64,000 nt of DNA from Camelus ferus (lineage: Eukaryota): the NCBI RefSeq assembly GCF_009834535.1, contig NC_045696.1:1862001-1926000 (forward strand), written 5' to 3'. The notes under the pieces were generated by a model. It saw only the letters and a program-made list of their open reading frames with translations. It searched no databases and was not told the origin of the DNA. The stretch's first letter is position 1. The number at the start of each line of letters is the position of its first letter. Both the position numbers and the translations under genes were made by a program. Positions 58,601 through 64,000 of this stretch are shown one piece after another.

Positions 58601-61600
58601 GTCGCCCAGAAGAACCAAGGGGGTGACCAGGCTGTGTCAAGGGCATTCTTACTCACTTCGAATGCCAGCCGGTGCCCACCGATTGCTGACATCCCTCCCC
58701 CTTCGCCCAGCGCCTGGGATTCCCCCTCCTGCTTCAGCAAAGGCAAACGGGGAGGCTCAGGCTCCTGGTCTCCCGCCAGATGAGGAGGTGGATGACAACT
58801 TTGCTCCCAGCTTTTGGCCACAAGGCCCCTTCAGGGACGCTGTAGGGTTGGCAGCCGGTGCCCCTCCTTGGTGAGCTGGTGAGGTTCCCCATCCTCAGGT
58901 GTCCCCACCCTCACAGCCCAGAAGCCTGCTCAGCCCCGGGTCCCACCGCCCAGTCTCTCCAGTTAGAAGTGCAGGTAAAGACTATTCCTGCAAGAAAGGA
59001 AAGTAAAGTGCTGGCATGTCACAGCTGTCCTTCGCCACCCACACCCCAGAGCAGGTGGCCCTGCCTGTGCTTTGTCCCCTCTGACCCAGGGAGGAAGGGG
59101 CCGGGGCCTGGGCAGGGTGGTGACAGGTGGGGCAGGGGACACCGCATTCTGGGAGGCCTGCAGGCAGGGCTGGCTAGGCTGAGGCGTGCAAGTTTCAGAG
59201 GCTCCCAGACTGAAGGCTCCAGGACCCTGGGGGCGGGGAGAGGGGCTTGCTGGCCCCAGTGCCAAGCTGCCCACCAGCTTGGGCAGAGCCACCAGATCTG
59301 GTTTCAGATTGATCCTATTCCTTTGGAAGATTGTCCTGCAGCTCACCAGACCCTGCCAGGGGCGATGGGATGGGATGGGGGAGCATCTTACGTCCCCTCT
59401 ACCTCTCAGATTTTAAATGATGCTCTTGCTGTCAGCACCTCAACAGTGGGTTTTTTCTGATTTTATCCAGCATCCTGGACTCCATCCCTGCAAGGCCAGG
59501 CCACCGAGGGGTTGGTGACTCCTCTCAGTGCCCTTTAGCACTCTCACTATCGCTCTGAGGGGAGTTTGTCAACATAGGAGCTGGTCCCTTGCAGGGGTCG
59601 CCAGCCCCGTGGGACTTCCCGTGCTGGGCAGGGAGTGGTGGTCCTAGTTCCTCTCCCTGAATCCCTGGATGCCCGGGGAGCCTCGGCTGATGCGCTGGCT
59701 GGCTGTGGAGGTAACCCCGTTTCCATGATGGGTGGAACCATCTCCTGCTCCCATTTGGAAGAAGTGGGCCTCACCTGCCTTTTGGGTTGTTTTTTTTTCC
59801 AGTCCTGAGCTGCTCCTGCTGCTACTCTGCGGCCTGCGAGCCGGTAAGTGCGGTCGCTGCTCTTACGGGAGATTTCCAATCCCTTCAGTGCTGAGCAGTG
59901 AGGTCCGTGGGGTGCAGGCCTCCCCACTGCCCTTCTTGCTTTTCCAGGGGCCCTTTTGAGAAAGCTGGGCCCCAAGACCAGAGTCATGTGTGGGATTGAA
60001 AGCCACAGAGGGGAGCGCTCCTACGGACTCTGTGGTTTTTGTTCTGTTTCGTGTCTGAAGTAGAGTGCAGTTCCTCCCCAGTGATTTAGAACCTCCACTT
60101 CCAGAGGAGCCAGGAGCCAGGCAGCCTGCTTCTCCAGCCCCTTCACTCCCCAAAGCCACCAGCTTCCAGAAGAGCATAGAACAGGGATGTGGCACCACAG
60201 CTGAGACCAAGGCCTTGACCAGCTTTCCAGCCCATGGGTGATGGGTCAGGGGACATGGTCACTTTCCCTGCGGGCATTCAAGTGGTCATAACAGGCCACC
60301 AAACCTCACTGGGCCTTCTCCAATGCAGTGCAGGCTGCATTCGAATGTTGTTGAGAAGCTGCTGTTTTCTTTTAAAATGTCTGAATTTTTTTGAACCCTT
60401 TTTATTTTGAATTCATTATAAAGTCCCAAGAAGTAGCAGAAACAGTGGAAAGCAGCCCTAGGTTCTCACATCCCTGCTTCTCCCAGTGTTGGCATCCCAT
60501 GCCAGGGCAGAGAACTGACACTGGGCAGGACGTTGGAGCAGCTTGCAGCAGATGTCCAAAGTTTTAAAATAGCATGGCTTTCCTATGTGCATCTTCTATA
60601 CACATTCCTTTCCTAGTGAGATGAGTCAGAATTGGTGTTTGAGTCTTGCAGCCCAGAGGCTCCCCTCCCCCCGACAGTGTGACTCTGAAGCCAGGAGTCA
60701 CCTGTGGAAGATGGATTTTGTACTTTCTGGATCATTGCAGAGATTCAGGAACAGGAGGTCAGAGCAATGGTGGGCAGCGACGTCCAGCTCAGCTGTGTCT
60801 ACCCTGAAGGAAACAGCTTCGATTTAAATGACCTTTATGTTTACTGGCAAATCCCGGACAAACCAAATACCTACTCCGTGGTGACTTACTACCTCTCCGG
60901 GAACAACTCCGCTGGCCACAGCGACAACCACTACAAGGGCCGGGCCCAGCTGTCCCTGGACAGCATGAAGCGGGGTGACTTCTCTCTCCACCTGCGCAAT
61001 ATCACCCCCCAGGACGAACAGAAATTTAACTGCCTGGTGTTTCGGAAATCCTTAGAATTAAAAAAGATTTTGGAAGTTGTGGTCACGCTGCACGTGGCAG
61101 GTAAGAGCACGGAAGGGGCAGAGCTGATTTCACCGCCGCCGCATGTCCCTGAAGAAGTACCAGTAAGACCCATTTTCTGTAGGCCGCTCAGCTGTGTCTT
61201 CCCGTAAAGAGCACCCCCATGCCTGTGGCGGGCGCCTGTTTACCCGCGCAAAGCCGAAGTGGCTGGAAGACCATTCGGCTCATGAGGAGGTTCTCCGTGA
61301 GCTGCTTTCGCACGCAGCCCCCAATCTCACTGCCTTTGCCTTGAGCTCTCCAGCTCAACTCCCACTAGATTTTTTTAATGAAATGAAGAGGGAGGACTAT
61401 AAGGCACTAAATGAGATCAGAATTTAGGAATACAGTTAGAGCCTCTCCTCGGAGTTGCTCAGGGCATAGTTCTGGGGAGACGGGCTGTGTCTGTTTCAGG
61501 TGAACTGCCAGCTCTCTGTCACTGGACTCCAGGGAGGCCAACCTCCTTGGGGCAGGAAGTGGGTGCCAGTCACCGCCTGCTGGGCTCAGCAGCGCCCCCG

Positions 61601-62060
61601 TGGGCGGGAAGGGCGACTCTTGGGCAGAGCAGGACCTGTGCGGCTCCCCAGACCGCGTGGCCTTGGTCCCCTACTCCTCCGGGGTCAGGGCGTGACTGCC
61701 GCCTCCCTCTAACCCGGCCCTGGGCGCCATGCACCCCTCCGCTTCTGACCCTCAGCCCGTTTTCCTTCTTGGCAGCGAACTACAGCATGCCTGTGGTCAG
61801 CGGCCCGTCCCAGGATGAGGAGTTCACCCTCACGTGCACGTCCACAAATGGCTACCCGAGGCCGAACGTGTACTGGATCAACAGGACAGACAACAGCCTG
61901 CTGGACCCGGCCCTGCAGAACAGCACCGTGTCCTTGAACGAGCGGGGCCTGTATGACGTGGTCAGCATCCTGAGGCTCGGGCGGACACCCAGCGTGAACG
62001 TGGGCTGCTGCATAGAGAACGTGCTGCTGCACCAGAACCTGACCGTCAGCAGCTGGACAG
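58250..62060 (+). CDS. ICOSLG: Inducible T-cell costimulator ligand (B7-H2/CD275), exons 1-4 (signal peptide, IgV, IgC); continues past the window end
   Basis: Join 58250-58263, 59803-59843, 60741-61100, 61776-62060: [37 protein letters not shown]...[11 protein letters not shown]...ANYSMPVVS...[17 protein letters not shown]...[15 protein letters not shown]. Confidence 0.96.
59803..59843 (+). CDS. ICOSLG: ICOSLG exon 2 (signal peptide)
   Basis: ttttccag|T CCT GAG CTG CTC CTG ... GCC G|gtaagt, 41 nt. Confidence 0.92.
60741..61100 (+). CDS. ICOSLG: ICOSLG exon 3 (IgV)
   Basis: 360 nt, phase 1-1, B7-family IgV. Confidence 0.97.
61776..62060 (+). CDS. ICOSLG: ICOSLG exon 4 (IgC)
   Basis: 285 nt, phase 1-1. 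Confidence 0.96.
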
Positions 62061-63299
62061 GTAGGGTCCCCCGGGTCTGCACGCTGACCCCTGCCCGAGG
62101 CTGTGGGCTGGGAATGGCTTGGGGGGCTCTCCCCAGGCAGAAGACAAAAGCCCTCGCAGGCTGGCTCGGTGGCAGCAAGAGAAAGGGGGCTTGAAATGGG
62201 GAGGAGGTGGGAGGCAGGCGTTACCGCGGCGACTGAGGGCAGGAAACTGTTGGGCACTCAGGGCACTTAATCCTCACTCTCGGGGCTCAGTTTTGGTGAC
62301 CCATCTCACAGGTGAGGGACTGAGGCTCTGAAAGGTCATGTATCATTTCAGAAGTCACAGAACGAGGCAGGAACAGCATCAGGGTGGAAGCCACCCCCTG
62401 CACAGCCCCCCGCTCCAAAGAACCTGGGACCCCCCACCCCCGTGTTGGGGTCCGGCTGGGCCTGACTGCTGGCCCAGGCCTCCCCATGGAAGGGTGCAGG
62501 CGGGTGACTCCCTCGGAGAAGCCACAGGCTCTCAGTGTGTCCCTGTCACCAGTGTTGAGTTGATGGGGGCGGGGTTCCAGGAAGAGCAGAAGAGCTGCAG
62601 GATGGGGCCCATGGGCCTGCCTCCTGCAGGAGGAAGACAGGGAGCTATCAGGACCTGCCACAAACCTGCAGGGCCCAGTGCAGCATGGAAAGACACACAG
62701 AAATCCTTGTCCAGAAACTGTCAGAATTCACGGTGGTGATGGCATCGCATCTCACCAAGTGCAGCCCCGCAGCCTACCCACGGCACATGCCAGGACGCAC
62801 CCCAGCTGCCGGCAACTCCTGCAGCCAGGCACTCTCTTTCCTGGAATGTGGGTGCAGCCCTGTGGCTCAGCAGTCACGGTCTTTGGGCTGCACCAAAGCC
62901 CGCCTCTGACCTCTGCCTCCCAGCGGAGCAGCCAGGCGGCAAGGGAAGGGGACCGGGAGGCTCTTCTGGGGCTGTGGTCTTGGCCCCGCTGCTCTGTGGG
63001 ATAACTGGGAAGCCTGTCAACCCACCCCTGGGCCCAGAGCCTCTGAATCGGCACCTCTGGGCTGTCTGGGCATCAGGACACGTGGAGAAGCTTCTAGATG
63101 GTTCTAAAGTGCCTGGAAGGCCTAGCCACTGTCTGGCTCGTGGCTTCTCCAGGTTTGGAGAAACACGGGGCATTTGAAACAAGCTGCCTGAGGAAGCTGT
63201 TGCTTGTCTGCCCGTGAGAACCACGCTCCAAGGGGCCAAGTACTCGGACATTAGGACAGGAGGACTGGCTCCCTCGTGCGCTGCCAGAGAGACGTGAGA

Positions 63300-63885
63300 C
63301 AGCACAGCGCTGTGGGAAACTGCTGATTCCTTAGAAAGCTAAGCAGAGGTAGCACGTGGCCCAGCAATCTCACTCCTAAGTGTGAACCCAAGAGCACTGG
63401 AAACGAGACTCAGACAAATGCTTGTACATGAATGCTCACTGAAGCTTGTTCTCAGTAACCAAAAGGTGGGAACAACGCGAGTGTCCAGGGATGGATGAAG
63501 GGATGGACACAGCGTGTCCACCCACACAGTGGAGTCTAAGCCACGAAAAGGTGTGAGGCACAGGCCACATAGCAGGGTGGACAAACCATGAAAACGTGAT
63601 ACTCAGTGAGAGAAGCCAGACACAAAAGGCCACACGGTGTGTGATTCCATTTCTGTGAAATGTCCAAAACAGGGAAATCCAAACAGGCAGAAAGTAGCTT
63701 GGAGTCCCCGGGGGAGGGGGAGGGGCTGCTGGCGGGCAGGGGCTTTCCCTTTGGGGCGGTGAAAAAGTTCCAGAGTTAGATAATGGTATGGCCACGCGAC
63801 CTCATGAGTGTACTAAATGCCACCCAACTGTTCACTTTTAAATGGTTAATTTTATGTTCTGTGAATTTCACTGTGATTTTTTTAA
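63300..63885 (+). mobile_element. L1MB-like 3' end
   Basis: cccagcaatctcactcctaagt ... agtgagagaagccagacacaaaaggccaca ... aaaatggttaattttatg. Confidence 0.85.
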
Positions 63886-64000
63886 AGCCAGCGATTAAGC
63901 GAGAAAAAAATTAATTAATTTGATTACATTTAGGAAGCCAGGAAGGCTCCGCTTCCTGCCATGCCCCTCCCCAGGTGTGGGGCTTTAGGTGGTCTCCAAA

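Overview
Mammalian genomic DNA, GC-rich and gene-dense, syntenic with human 21q22.3. A tRNA-derived Vic-1-like SINE at 32.8 kb suggests a camelid. Gene order: 5' end of PFKL (minus; coding exons 1-2), complete AIRE (minus; 14 coding exons, about 571 aa), a 13-kb L1/LTR-rich spacer, complete DNMT3L (plus; 11 coding exons, about 402 aa) and the 5' part of ICOSLG (plus; exons 1-4). Exon boundaries were read by hand from GT/AG sites and phase continuity. Main observations: (i) an upstream DNMT3L coding exon appears decayed (1-nt frameshift plus GT>AT donor loss); (ii) DNMT3L reads through the expected stop (CAA) into a 16-aa tail; (iii) AIRE exon 12 lacks the expected donor and extends 10 codons; (iv) an NF-kB pair and Ets/IRF motifs lie 1.7-1.9 kb upstream of AIRE; (v) a sense-oriented solo LTR with a CCAAT array, two octamers and a TATA box lies just upstream of PFKL exon 2; (vi) a TSD-bounded, rearranged L1 is nested in an older L1. 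Orthologue comparisons are from memory and need alignment. I found no evidence of a wholly new gene system.
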